NCBI GenBank assembly: GCA_035547315.1
Contig: DASZVH010000008.1
Span: 33,233-97,232 of the forward strand
DNA length: 64,000 nt
Origin: Minisyncoccota bacterium
Lineage (GTDB): Bacteria > Patescibacteriota > Minisyncoccia > Phycocordibacterales > Phycocordibacteraceae
Reading direction: 5' to 3'
Shown here: piece by piece, positions 18,963 through 29,825 of the stretch
Position numbering within the stretch: the stretch's first letter is position 1
Layout of the letters: the number at the start of each line of letters is the position of its first letter
Made by a program: the position numbers and the translations under genes
The notes under the pieces: generated by a model
Told to the model about the DNA's origin: nothing
The model's input: only the letters and a program-made list of their open reading frames with translations
Database searches by the model: none

Positions 18963-19724
18963 ATGAGCTGGGCAGCAAGGCGGCGCGCGACGATACTCGG
19001 CGGGATCGGGCTGGTCGTCGTAGCCGCCCTCATTGTGATTTTCTACCCGGTCGTGCACCACGCTCCCACCTGCTCTGACCGCACGCAAGACCAAGGCGAG
19101 GCGGGCGTCGACTGCGGCGGCCCCTGCCCGTATCTCTGCCAGAGCCAGGTGGAGGCGCCGGTGGTGCGCTTCACGCAGGCTTTCTCTCCCGCGGCAGGGA
19201 AGACGGACGTCATCGCCTACGTCGACAACCCCAACCAGAGCGCCTATGCCAAGAACGTTCCCTACGCGCTCGCGCTCTACGGCGCCGACAACGTCCTGCT
19301 CGGCCGGACGACGGGCACGCTCGAGCTGCCGCCCGCCTCGACCGTTCCCGTCTTCGTCGCCAACCTGCCGACGGGCGGCCAGGAGGCCGCGCACGCGTTC
19401 CTCCAGATCGACCCGGCCTCGGTCGCCTGGCAGGCGGGCGCCGATACCCGGCTTATGCCCGCGGTAGGGAGCCCGTCGATCGGCGGCACCCCGCAGAGCG
19501 CGCGCGTGGTCGCCGAGCTCACGGACCCGTACGCGGCGCCGATCGATAACGTCACCGTCATCGCGAGCGTCTTCGACGCGGCGGGGAACGTCATCGACGC
19601 CTCCCGCACGCTCCTGCCCGAGATCCCCGCTCAGGGGAGTGCGGAAGCCACCTTCACCTGGAACGAGTCCTTCCCGAGCCCGCCGGCGCGCATCGACGTC
19701 CTCCCCATCGTCGCGCTGCCATGA
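18963..19724 (+). CDS. hypothetical membrane-anchored extracytoplasmic protein (4 Cys near the N-terminus)
   Basis: N-terminal TM helix, then CSDRTQDQGEAGVDCGGPCPYLCQ. Its stop overlaps the rodA/ftsW start, so it is likely co-transcribed with a cell-wall gene. Confidence 0.4.
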   Translation: MSWAARRRATILGGIGLVVVAALIVIFYPVVHHAPTCSDRTQDQGEAGVDCGGPCPYLCQSQVEAPVVRFTQAFSPAAGKTDVIAYVDNPNQSAYAKNVPYALALYGADNVLLGRTTGTLELPPASTVPVFVANLPTGGQEAAHAFLQIDPASVAWQAGADTRLMPAVGSPSIGGTPQSARVVAELTDPYAAPIDNVTVIASVFDAAGNVIDASRTLLPEIPAQGSAEATFTWNESFPSPPARIDVLPIVALP

Positions 19725-20851
19725 GCCTCGGGCGCGCGTCATTGCTCGCCCGCATCGACTGGGCGCTCCTCGCTCCCGCGCTCGTGCTCTCCTTCCTCGG
19801 GCTGTTGACCATGCACACCTTCGGCGCGGGCGCCTCGCTCGCGCCGCGGCAGCTCCTCTGGCTCGCGCTTGGCGTCCTCGTCTACTTCCTCCTTGCCTCG
19901 CTCGACCTGCGGCTCCTGCGCCGGACGCCGGTGGTGCTCGCGCTCTACGGCGTCGCCTTTCTCCTCCTCGCGCTCGTTTTGGTCGCCTCGCACGCGGTCA
20001 TGGGCGCGCATAGCTGGTTCACCTTCGGCGGGCTCTCCTTCCAGCCCGCGGACTTCGCCAAGCTCGCCTTGATCTCGCTCCTCGCCAAGTATCTCTCCCG
20101 CCGGCACGTCGCTATCGGCGATTTCCGCCATATTCTCATCTCCGGCGCCTATGCCGCCGCGCTCACGCTCCTGATCCTGGTAGAGCCGGACCTCGGCAAC
20201 GCGATCATCTTCGGCGCCCTGTGGCTCGGGCTCATGCTGCTCTCCGGCATTTCCAAGCGGCATCTCGCTATCATCGGCGCCGCCGGCCTCGCGGCCGCGC
20301 TCCTCTTGTGGTTCGGCGGCTTGCACCAATACCAGCGCGAGCGCATCCTCTCCTTCGTCAATCCGGCGAGCGATATCCAGGGCGCCGGCTACAACGCCTA
20401 CCAAGCCAAGATCGCGGTGGGCTCGGGCGAGCTCTTCGGCAAGGGCATCGGCTACGGCACGCAGAGCAAGCTGCGTTTCCTTCCCGAATATCAGACCGAC
20501 TTCATCTTTGCGGCCTTCGCCGAGGAGTGGGGCTTCGCCGGAGTCGCGCTCGCGCTCGCCCTCTACGGGCTCCTCTTCGCGCGCCTGCTCGCGATCGCGC
20601 GCGGGAGCGCGACCAATTTCGACGCTTTTTTCACTCTGGGCGCGCTCGTGCTCTTAGCCGCCCACGTGGTGATCCACGCGGGCATCTCGCTGGGGCTCTT
20701 GCCGGTGACCGGCACGACGATCCCCTTCATGAGCTATGGCGGCTCGCACCTCCTCTTGGAGTTCACCCTGCTCGGCATCGTGACCTCGCTCGCGCGCTAC
20801 GGCCAGGCCGCCCCGCGCGAGGCGCTCGCCAACGAATACCTGGGCGGCTAG
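19721..20851 (+). CDS. SEDS-family peptidoglycan glycosyltransferase (RodA/FtsW)
   Basis: 10-TM SEDS architecture. Motifs FQPADFAKLALI, GSGELFGKGIGYGTQSKLRFLPEYQTDFIFAAFAEEWGF, PFMSYGGS. Confidence 0.9.
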   Translation: MSLGRASLLARIDWALLAPALVLSFLGLLTMHTFGAGASLAPRQLLWLALGVLVYFLLASLDLRLLRRTPVVLALYGVAFLLLALVLVASHAVMGAHSWFTFGGLSFQPADFAKLALISLLAKYLSRRHVAIGDFRHILISGAYAAALTLLILVEPDLGNAIIFGALWLGLMLLSGISKRHLAIIGAAGLAAALLLWFGGLHQYQRERILSFVNPASDIQGAGYNAYQAKIAVGSGELFGKGIGYGTQSKLRFLPEYQTDFIFAAFAEEWGFAGVALALALYGLLFARLLAIARGSATNFDAFFTLGALVLLAAHVVIHAGISLGLLPVTGTTIPFMSYGGSHLLLEFTLLGIVTSLARYGQAAPREALANEYLGG

Positions 20852-21822
20852 CGGTAGAGGGCGAAAGTCGCCGCGAGCATCTTTTCTTTTGAAAAAACGG
20901 CGAGATCCGGCGCCTCGAGGATCTCGCCGACGCCCCCGACGCGACGAGCGGAGATCGGCAGCCCCGCCGCGCGCGCCTCGATCACGACATACGGGAGCCC
21001 TTCCTTCAAGGAGGGGAGCGCGAACTCGTCAAAGCCGCGCAGAGCCTCCGCCGCCGGGATGAAGCCGAAGAGCTTCACCCGCGCGCCAAGGCCATAGGCG
21101 GCGATCGCGCGCTCGAGCGCGGGGCGCTCCTCGCCCTCGCCGACGATGGCGACGAAGCGCTGCGGGTCGTGCCGCGCTTCCTCGACGAGCGCGATCTGAT
21201 TCTTGTTCCGGTTCAGCTCGCCGATGGTGCCGGTGATGCGCGCCCCGCGGGGAAAGGCGCTGCGGATCACCTCGCCGCTCCCGAGCGGGGCGTCGAGATC
21301 GATGCCGTTGTAGATGAGATGCATCTTGCGCGCGGCGAACGGCATCCGCCGGCCGAGCGCGAGATCTTCGCGGGAGACCACGATAACCGCGTGCGCGAAA
21401 AGCGTGGTCGCGTATGAGCCCAGGAGCGCGAGGAGCCGCCACGCCGGATTGCGCCGCTCCTTGAAGGGCCAGCCGTGGGCGGTGAAGACGATACGCGGCA
21501 CGCCCGCGCGGCGCGCGGCGAGGGCGCCGAGCCCTCCGGCCTTGGAGCTGTTGAGGTGGACGACCGCGGGGCGATACTCGCGCAAGAGACGCGCGAGTTC
21601 GGCGTAGCCGCCGAGGTCGCGTCCGGGCGAGAGGTCGCGCTCGAGGGCCCCGAGCGGGAAGAGCGGTATGCCGCGCGCCGCAAGGCGCGCGGCAAGCTCG
21701 CCTCCGCCGCCCAAGGCGACGGCGACCTCGTGCCCGGCGGCTTGCGCGGCCGTCGCGAGGTCGTAGACGTACCGCTGCGCGCCGCCCCAGTTGCCCTTGG
21801 TGATAACGTAGAGGATCTTCAT
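20848..21822 (-). CDS. glycosyltransferase family 4 (GT-B)
   Basis: N-domain MKILYVITKGNWGGAQRY... and C-domain E-x7-E region (LPSLKEGLPYVVIEARAAGLPISARRVGGVGEIL). Confidence 0.75.
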   Translation of the reverse strand: MKILYVITKGNWGGAQRYVYDLATAAQAAGHEVAVALGGGGELAARLAARGIPLFPLGALERDLSPGRDLGGYAELARLLREYRPAVVHLNSSKAGGLGALAARRAGVPRIVFTAHGWPFKERRNPAWRLLALLGSYATTLFAHAVIVVSREDLALGRRMPFAARKMHLIYNGIDLDAPLGSGEVIRSAFPRGARITGTIGELNRNKNQIALVEEARHDPQRFVAIVGEGEERPALERAIAAYGLGARVKLFGFIPAAEALRGFDEFALPSLKEGLPYVVIEARAAGLPISARRVGGVGEILEAPDLAVFSKEKMLAATFALYR

Positions 21823-21878
21823 GGGGCGCGTGCGGTAACTGTACAACGCCGCGGGAAGTTATACTATGGCGAGCGTCT

Positions 21879-23216
21879 ATGGCTTTTACCCGCCGCGAGA
21901 CGGCGATTTTGATTATCGGGGATTTCATCCTGCTAATCGCCTCCCTCTGGGCGGCGCTCCTTATCCGCAACCTGGCGCTCCCCGCGGCGAGTTACTTCCT
22001 CGCCAACCTGCTGCCGTTCCTGCCGGTCTTCCTGCTCTCGCTCGCCGTCTTCTATATCGCCGGCCTCTATGAGAAACAGACCGCGCCCGTACGCCGGGTG
22101 ATGAGCGAACGCATCGCGGGCGCGCAGCTCGCCAACGCGATCATCGCCGCGCTTCTCTTCTTCGTCTTGCCGTTCGCGATCGCGCCCAAGACCATCCTCG
22201 CGATCTACCTGGTCGTCTCGATCGCCGCCGTCTCGCTCTGGCGCTCCTATCGCCTCGGGCGCGAGATCAAGCGCGAGGGGCGGGTGAGCGCGGCGCTCGT
22301 CGGCCGCGGCGCGGCGGCGCGCGAGCTCTTCGAAGAGGTCAACGGAGGCGGCCGCTACCTGATCCGCTTCAACGAGTGGATCGACACCGAGCGCCTCGCG
22401 GCGCCCGGTGCGCTTTCGGCGGCGGTGGCGCGCGCGCTCTTGGGCGGTGCGCGCATCCTCGTCCTCGATACCCGCGACCCCGTCATCGCGGACGACCTCC
22501 CGATGCTCTACGACGCGATGACCAAGGGCGCCTCCTTCGTCGAGTTCGCCCAGTTCTACGAGGAGCTCTTCGACCGCGTGCCGCTCGCGCATATCGACTA
22601 CGCTTGGCTCTTCGCGGTCGTGCCGGCGCGTCCGCTGCTCTATGACATCGCCAAGCGCGCCTTCGATCTCTTCTTCGCCGCGGCGGGGAGCGTCGTCGCG
22701 CTGCCATTCATCCTCCTGGCCGCGCTCCTGCTCGCGCCCTCGGGCCCGCCTTTCATCTTCAACGAGCGGGTGGGCAAGGGCGGCCGCGTCTTTACCATGA
22801 TCAAGCTGCGGACGATGCTCTTCAACGACCAGGGCGACCCTATGCTCCGCGCCAAGAACCGCGTCACCGCGCTCGGCCGCTTCCTCCGGCAGTCGCGCAT
22901 CGACGAGCTGCCGCAGCTCTGGAACGTGCTGCTCGGCGACGTCTCGTTCATCGGCCCGCGGCCGGAGCTGCCCGCGATCGCGGCCGTCTACGAGCGGGAG
23001 ATCCCCTTCTACCAGATCCGGCACCTGATCCCGCCGGGGCTCTCGGGCTGGGCGCAGATCCGCGACTACGACGCGCCCAGGGGCGGCCCGGACGTGGAGA
23101 AGACGCGCACCAAGCTTTCCTACGACCTCTACTATCTCAAGCATCGCTCCTTCGGCCTTGATCTCTCGATCGCGGCGAAAACGTTGCGCGCCCTGGCGAG
23201 CTTTTCTGGCAAGTAG
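21879..23216 (+). CDS. polyprenyl-phosphate sugar phosphotransferase (bacterial sugar transferase, WbaP/EpsL-like initiating enzyme)
   Basis: N-terminal TM helices plus C-terminal catalytic domain with KRAFDLFFAAAGSVVALP...FTMIKLRTM...DELPQLWNVLLGDVSFIGPRPE. Confidence 0.85.
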   Translation: MAFTRRETAILIIGDFILLIASLWAALLIRNLALPAASYFLANLLPFLPVFLLSLAVFYIAGLYEKQTAPVRRVMSERIAGAQLANAIIAALLFFVLPFAIAPKTILAIYLVVSIAAVSLWRSYRLGREIKREGRVSAALVGRGAAARELFEEVNGGGRYLIRFNEWIDTERLAAPGALSAAVARALLGGARILVLDTRDPVIADDLPMLYDAMTKGASFVEFAQFYEELFDRVPLAHIDYAWLFAVVPARPLLYDIAKRAFDLFFAAAGSVVALPFILLAALLLAPSGPPFIFNERVGKGGRVFTMIKLRTMLFNDQGDPMLRAKNRVTALGRFLRQSRIDELPQLWNVLLGDVSFIGPRPELPAIAAVYEREIPFYQIRHLIPPGLSGWAQIRDYDAPRGGPDVEKTRTKLSYDLYYLKHRSFGLDLSIAAKTLRALASFSGK

Positions 23217-23225
23217 AATAGAACT

Positions 23226-24023
23226 GTGATCATCGACGGCAAAGCGATAGCGGCAGAGATCCTCGCGCGCGCCAAGGTGCGCGCGCGCGAGCTCCCGCGG
23301 GCGCCCTTGGTCGTGGCGCTCGCCGCCGGCGAGCCCGGCCCCGCGACGCGCTCCTATCTCAAGATAAAAGAGCGCACCGCGCTTGAGGCGGGCTGCCGCC
23401 TCGAAGTGCGGCCCTTCTCCACCGACTATGCCGATGCCGACAGCGTCATCGTGCAGCTCCCGCTCCCTGCCGGGCTCGATGAGCGCGCGGCGCTCGATGC
23501 CATCCCGCTCGATAAAGACGCGGACGTCCTCTCGCGCGGGGCGCGAGAACAATTCGCGAAGGGAGAGGATGGAGCGCTCCTGCCGCCGGTGGTCGGCGCT
23601 ATCGCGGAGATTTTTACTAAGTACGGCGTCGAGTCGAGAGGGAAGAGGGCGGCCGTCATCGGCCGCGGCTGGCTGGTGGGCGAGCCCGCTGCCGCCTGGC
23701 TCATGCAGCGGGAAGCGAAAGTCACGACTCTCGACAAAGGGGCGAAGCTCGGGCAGGAGCTTCAAGACGCCGACATCATCGTCTGCGGGGCGGGCGCGCC
23801 GCATCTCGTGAAGCCCTACATGCTCAAAGAAGGCGCCGTGCTCATAGACGCCGGCACCTCGGAGCAGGGCGGCGCGCTCGTCGGCGACGCCGACCCGGCC
23901 TGCGCCACCAAGTGCAGCGTCTTCACCCCTGTCCCCGGAGGCGTCGGCCCCATCGCGGTCGCCAAGCTCTTCGAGAACGCACTAATTCTCGCAGAACGCA
24001 AGGTTCCTTTTTCCGCAAGCTGA
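23226..24023 (+). CDS. folD: bifunctional methylenetetrahydrofolate dehydrogenase/cyclohydrolase
   Basis: IIDGKAIA...LKIKERTALEAG...GRGWLVGEPAAAWL...DIIVCGAGAPHLVKPYMLKEGAVLIDAG...PVPGGVGP. Confidence 0.85.
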   Translation: MIIDGKAIAAEILARAKVRARELPRAPLVVALAAGEPGPATRSYLKIKERTALEAGCRLEVRPFSTDYADADSVIVQLPLPAGLDERAALDAIPLDKDADVLSRGAREQFAKGEDGALLPPVVGAIAEIFTKYGVESRGKRAAVIGRGWLVGEPAAAWLMQREAKVTTLDKGAKLGQELQDADIIVCGAGAPHLVKPYMLKEGAVLIDAGTSEQGGALVGDADPACATKCSVFTPVPGGVGPIAVAKLFENALILAERKVPFSAS

Positions 24024-24040
24024 GCTATACTCCCCGCATC

Positions 24041-25387
24041 ATGACTCGCTATAGAGTTTGGGCCATCCTTGCCCTCCTTGCGGGGCTTTTGCTTGCCTAT
24101 TTCGTCTGGGCGACCCAAGCTAACCCGGAGAGCGCGTATCGCTTCAAGCTCGGGCTCGATCTTGCCGGCGGCACCGAGCTGGTCTATACGGCCGATATGA
24201 GCAAGGTTGCTCCCGCCAACCGCGCGGGCGCGCTCTCCGCGCTCCAGGAGGTTATCGAGCGGCGGGTCAACCTCTTCGGCGTGGCAGAGCCGGTCGTGGA
24301 GACGGAAGAGGCCAACGCCGCCTTGGGCACCACCGAGGACCGTCTTATCGTCGATCTCCCCGGCGTCACCGATATCAACGCCGCGGTCGCCGCGCTCGGC
24401 CAGACGCCCACGCTCGACTTCGAGCTCGCGACCACGAGCACGGTGGGCACCACGACCGCGATTATCTACGAGCCGACCGGCCTCACGGGGGAATATTTGA
24501 AGAGCGCCTCCGTGCAATTCGCCTCCGGCGTCTCGGCCGCGCTCGCCTCGCCGGAGGTTGAGCTCACCTTCAACGACGCGGGCGCCAAGCTCTTCCAGGA
24601 GATCACGGCCGACAACGTCGGCCGCACGCTCGCGATCTTCCTCGACGGGCAGCCAATCTCGACGCCCACGATCCAGGAGGCGATCCCGGGCGGCACCGCA
24701 GTCATCACCGGCAGCTTCAGCGCCACCGAGGCGCGCGACCTCGCGCGCAACTTGAACTTCGGCGCGCTCCCCGTGCCTATCGCGCTCGAGGGCTCGAGCT
24801 CGGTGGGGCCGACGCTCGGCGCTGCAGCCATCGCCGCCGGCGTCGCGGCGGGCATCGTCGCGCTCGCCATCGTCGCGCTCTTCATGGTCCTCTGGTACCG
24901 CCTGCCGGGGCTTATCGCCGCGGTCGCGCTCGCGGAATATCTCGCCTTCATGCTCGCGGCGGTCAAGTTCATCCCCGTCACGCTGACCGCCTCCGGCATC
25001 GCGGGCCTCATCATCACGCTCGGCATGGCCGTGGACGCGAATGTGCTCATATTCGAGCGCACCAAGGAAGAGCTGCGCAAGGGAGAGAGCCCGCGGCAGG
25101 CGGTGCATATCGGCTTCTCCCGCGCGTGGACTGCGATCCGCGACGGCCACCTCACCATGCTCATCTCGGGCGTGATCCTCTTCTGGCTCGGGACCTCTAT
25201 CGTGCAGGGCTTCGCGCTCGTCTTCGTGCTCGGCGTCCTCGCCTCGCTCATCTCGGCGGTCTCGCTCTCGCGCGTATACCTCTTGGCGCTCGTGCCCGAC
25301 CTGCCTGCCGGCAGGCAGGGAAGCGGCGGCTTCTGGCACTTCATGTTGCGCTCCGGATTTTCCAAGAATCTAACGCCTAAAGCCTAG
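24041..25387 (+). CDS. secD: protein translocase subunit SecD
   Basis: N-terminal TM, periplasmic domain, C-terminal 5-TM bundle with conserved [28 protein letters not shown]. The ORF track starts earlier at 23912; the ATG at 24041 lies after the folD stop and is preferred. Confidence 0.9.
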   Translation: [448 protein letters not shown]

Positions 25388-25397
25388 CGCCTAGCTT

Positions 25398-26297
25398 ATG
25401 TATATCGTCAATCATCGCGGGCTCTTCTTCTCCCTCACCGGCGCGATCGTCGTCATCGCGATCGCCGCGATCGCTTTCTTTCATCTCCCCCTGGGGATCG
25501 ACTTCACCGGCGGCTCGCTGGTGCAGCTCGAGTACGCGGGCGCCCGGCCGCCGCTCGCCACGCTCCAGGAGGAGGCCGCCAACGCCGCCATCGGCCCGGC
25601 CTCGATCATCCCCTCCGGCGCGGACGCGATCAACGTCCGGGCCAAGACCCTCACTCCCGCCGAGCACGCCGCGCTGCTCAACGCCCTTTCTCTCAATGCT
25701 TCGACCACGGAGCTCTCCTTCACCTCGGTCGGCCCGGCGCTCGGCAGCCAATTCGCCCACAAGGCGCTCTGGGCTATCCTCGCGGTGCTGCTGGTCATCG
25801 TGCTCTATATCGCGTTCGCCTTCCGCAAGGTCTCGCGGCCGGTGCCGAGCTGGGGCTACGGGCTCACCGTGGTCGCAATCCTGGTGCATGACCTCCTTAT
25901 CCCCGCCGGCTTCTACGCAGTTCTCGCGCATTACACGGGCGCGCAGGTGGATTCGCTCTTCATCACCGCTCTCCTCGCGCTCATGGGCTACTCGATCAAC
26001 GACACGATCGTCATCTTCGACCGCGTGCGCGAGCACCTGCGCAACAACGAGAAGGAGAACAACAAAGAGCCCTTCGAGCTGACGGTCGGCAAGTCCATCC
26101 GCGAGACCATGACCCGCTCGATCAACACCTCGCTCACGGTCGTACTCGCGCTCCTCGCGCTCATCCTGCTCGGCGCTCCGGCGACGCGCGACTTCGCGCT
26201 CGTGATGCTCGTCGGCGTCGTCGCCGGCACCTACTCCTCGATCCTCCTGGCCGCGCCGCTCTTGGTGCCCATGGCGCGCTGGTTCGCGAAGAAGTGA
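25398..26297 (+). CDS. secF: protein translocase subunit SecF
   Basis: GIDFTGGSLVQLEY...GYSINDTIVIFDRVRE; 6 TM helices. Confidence 0.9.
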   Translation: MYIVNHRGLFFSLTGAIVVIAIAAIAFFHLPLGIDFTGGSLVQLEYAGARPPLATLQEEAANAAIGPASIIPSGADAINVRAKTLTPAEHAALLNALSLNASTTELSFTSVGPALGSQFAHKALWAILAVLLVIVLYIAFAFRKVSRPVPSWGYGLTVVAILVHDLLIPAGFYAVLAHYTGAQVDSLFITALLALMGYSINDTIVIFDRVREHLRNNEKENNKEPFELTVGKSIRETMTRSINTSLTVVLALLALILLGAPATRDFALVMLVGVVAGTYSSILLAAPLLVPMARWFAKK

Positions 26298-26304
26298 TCG
26301 CCGC

Positions 26305-26856
26305 ATGATTCTCGGCGTCACTGGCACGAATGGCGCGGGGAAGGGGGCGGTCGTCGACGCGCTCAAAGAGGAGGGGTTCATGCACTACTCGGTGCGGGAA
26401 GAGATCACACGCGAACTTGCGCGCCGCGGGCTTCCGGCAGATCGTCCGCACATGGGCGCGCTCGGGAACGAACTGCGGGAGAAGAACGGACCAGCCTATT
26501 TCGTCACGCTTTTCAAAACGCGCGCGCAAGCGGAAGGCGTCGCCGATCTCGTCATCGACTCCCTGCGCAGCGTAGGAGAAGCGCGGGCGCTCAAGGAGGC
26601 AGGAGGCGTCTTGCTCGCGGTCGATGCAGATCGGAAGCTGCGCTATGAACGCGCCGTGTTGCGAGGCAGCTCTACCGACAAGGTCGACTTTGATACCTGG
26701 GTCGCGCAAGAGGAGAAGGAGTGGGGGAACGCCGCGGCCAGCCAGATGAATATCCCGGCCGTGATGCAGATGGCCGATTACACCGTCCATAATGACGGCA
26801 CGCTCGAAGAGCTCCACCGCCGGATTGATCAGGTGCTAGAGAAGATCAAGAAATGA
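26305..26856 (+). CDS. P-loop nucleoside/nucleotide kinase-like protein
   Basis: Walker A GVTGTNGAGKG at the N-terminus. Size and layout resemble the dNMP/adenylate kinase fold. Precise substrate unknown. Confidence 0.5.
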   Translation: MILGVTGTNGAGKGAVVDALKEEGFMHYSVREEITRELARRGLPADRPHMGALGNELREKNGPAYFVTLFKTRAQAEGVADLVIDSLRSVGEARALKEAGGVLLAVDADRKLRYERAVLRGSSTDKVDFDTWVAQEEKEWGNAAASQMNIPAVMQMADYTVHNDGTLEELHRRIDQVLEKIKK

Positions 26857-27544
26857 CCGTGCCGGTGAAGGGAGAGCCCGCGAGGTAGTCGGAGAGGCGC
26901 TCGAGGTGCTTGCCGTTTATGATGGCGACCTCGAGATTCAATTGCTCGGCCTCCTTGGCCGCGACGGGGTCGAAGGGGGAGTGGATGCCCGGGTCCCACT
27001 CGCTCGGGATGATAGTGCGGAACTCGCCCCACGATACCTTCTCCAGAGGCTTCGCGTTTTTATTCTGCTTCGGGTCCGCGTCGTAGACATAGTCGATGTC
27101 GGAGAGATTGACGAGCTTGGTCGCGCCCAGATTCTTTGCCATCAGGACCGCGCAGTAGTCGGTCGACCATCCGGGCTTCCAGCCGCCCGCGATCAAAATG
27201 GGTTCTTGCGCGGAGATGTCTGCGGTCGGGTTCTTGAGGATGTGCGGATACGCCTCTTCGGCGAAGATGTTGCGCAGGAGCTGCGCGTTGAGGCGGGTCG
27301 AGTGGATGCCGACCCAGTCCACATCCTCGCGCGGCAGATCGCCGCGCACGGCCTCGCTCGCTTTTTGATATGCCCGCGCGGTCGCGCCGCCGCCCGAGAT
27401 GATGACGAAGGAGAAGCCGCGCTTGATCTCCTCGAGGACGAGCGCGCGGAAATTCCGGAGAAAACCGGTATCGATCCCCGCAGGGACGATAAGAGACCCG
27501 CCGACAGAGACAACTACACGCTCACGCATCGCGTTTGCGCTCAT
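26846..27544 (-). CDS. pyrH: UMP kinase, archaeal-type (amino-acid kinase family)
   Basis: RVVVSVGGSLIVP...FVIISGGGATARAYQ...VGIHSTRLNAQLL pattern typical of archaeal-type uridylate kinases. The ORF extends to 27634, but the Met at 27544 (MSANAMRER) is preferred. Confidence 0.55.
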   Translation of the reverse strand: MSANAMRERVVVSVGGSLIVPAGIDTGFLRNFRALVLEEIKRGFSFVIISGGGATARAYQKASEAVRGDLPREDVDWVGIHSTRLNAQLLRNIFAEEAYPHILKNPTADISAQEPILIAGGWKPGWSTDYCAVLMAKNLGATKLVNLSDIDYVYDADPKQNKNAKPLEKVSWGEFRTIIPSEWDPGIHSPFDPVAAKEAEQLNLEVAIINGKHLERLSDYLAGSPFTGTVIS

Positions 27545-27670
27545 AGGCAAGGGTGACGGCTCTTCAAAGCATATACCCCTCCCGCCGCCGCGCAATGATG
27601 ACAATCCGGATAAGTATGCTCCTGCACGAAACAAGCGCGCCGTGAGGCGCGCCCGAGCCTTTCTGGGGGC

Positions 27671-27699
27671 TTGACTTCATTTCGGCCTTAGACTAGGAT
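27671..27699 (+). promoter_or_regulatory. candidate sigma70-type promoter for the 16S unit (TTGACT-N17-TAGGAT)
   Basis: Good -35, 17-bp spacer, 4/6 -10. Lies ~145 nt upstream of the 16S 5' end. Confidence 0.5.
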
Positions 27700-27765
27700 T
27701 GCGGTATCACCTCGAAAGAGGTGGGATTCTTTTGACTCAAATCGGAGTCAGGCACGTTGAAAACT

Positions 27766-27780
27766 GAATACGAAATCCAC
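27766..27780 (+). promoter_or_regulatory. rRNA leader motif GAATACGAAATCCAC (copy 2) followed by hairpin at 27780-27804
   Basis: Identical 15-mer to 15140-15154, followed by a GGCC-GTAGG-CC-containing hairpin as in the 23S leader. Confidence 0.5.
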
Positions 27781-27839
27781 CCCGCAGGCCGTAGGCCTGC
27801 GGGGCAGAAAAGATGTGTGAATTCTTTTGTTCCGCTTAT

Positions 27840-29300
<1,461 letters not shown>

Positions 29301-29747
29301 AAATTGGGTCGCTCTTGGCCGAAAGCCGGAGCAAGTCGAATCGCTCGCAAGAGTGATGTGGAGATAGTGGTCGTCCCTAAACGCCACTCGGACGCCGGAT
29401 AACGTATCCCGGTGCGGAGCTTGAATCGCTCAATTGACGATTCAAACCGCGAATAGGCGGAACAAAAGAGCGCAAACATCTTTTCTTGGATCAAACGACA
29501 GCCGCCCCGAGAGGGGCGTCTGTTTGCGTTGATTCTATCTGGAGCTCGCGGGAGAGGCGCTTGACGGCTCGCCGCCAGATGCGCGCTTTGTTGCGGTGGC
29601 GGCGATATTTGTCCTCAAGAGTAGACACTTGGATCCCGTGGATCCGTTTGGCTTCGCGGGGCTTGGCGCCTCGGTAGACCATTTTCTTGCCCCTAGTATA
29701 GCAAATGGGGTGGTCGGGCAAGGAGAAATCTGGTACTATCCCCGCAC

Positions 29748-29823
29748 GCATGCGTAGCTCAGTTGGTAGAGCATCCGCCTGATACGCGGACGGTCCCAGG
29801 TTCGAATCCTGGCGCATGCACCA
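29748..29823 (+). tRNA. tRNA-Ile (anticodon GAT)
   Basis: Cloverleaf: acceptor GCATGCG/CGCATGC, D-arm GCTC-AGTTGGTA-GAGC, anticodon stem TCCGC/GCGGA with loop CTGATAC, T-arm CCAGG-TTCGAAT-CCTGG, 3' ACCA. Confidence 0.85.
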
Positions 29824-29825
29824 GT

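Noticed and set aside
21933-25339. Long minus-strand ORFs (623 aa, 507 aa) opposite the sugar transferase, folD and secD
   Set aside because: Antisense to confidently identified genes. Arg/Glu/Asp/Gly-rich low-complexity products.
29491-29817. 108-aa minus-strand ORF with a basic C-terminal half resembling a small ribosomal-type protein
   Set aside because: Its N-terminus (MRQDSNLGPSAYQADALPTELRMR) is the typical translation of a tRNA antisense strand. The remainder lies antisense to the 16S-tRNA spacer. Basic composition is explained by GC-rich codons. No promoter or conservation evidence.
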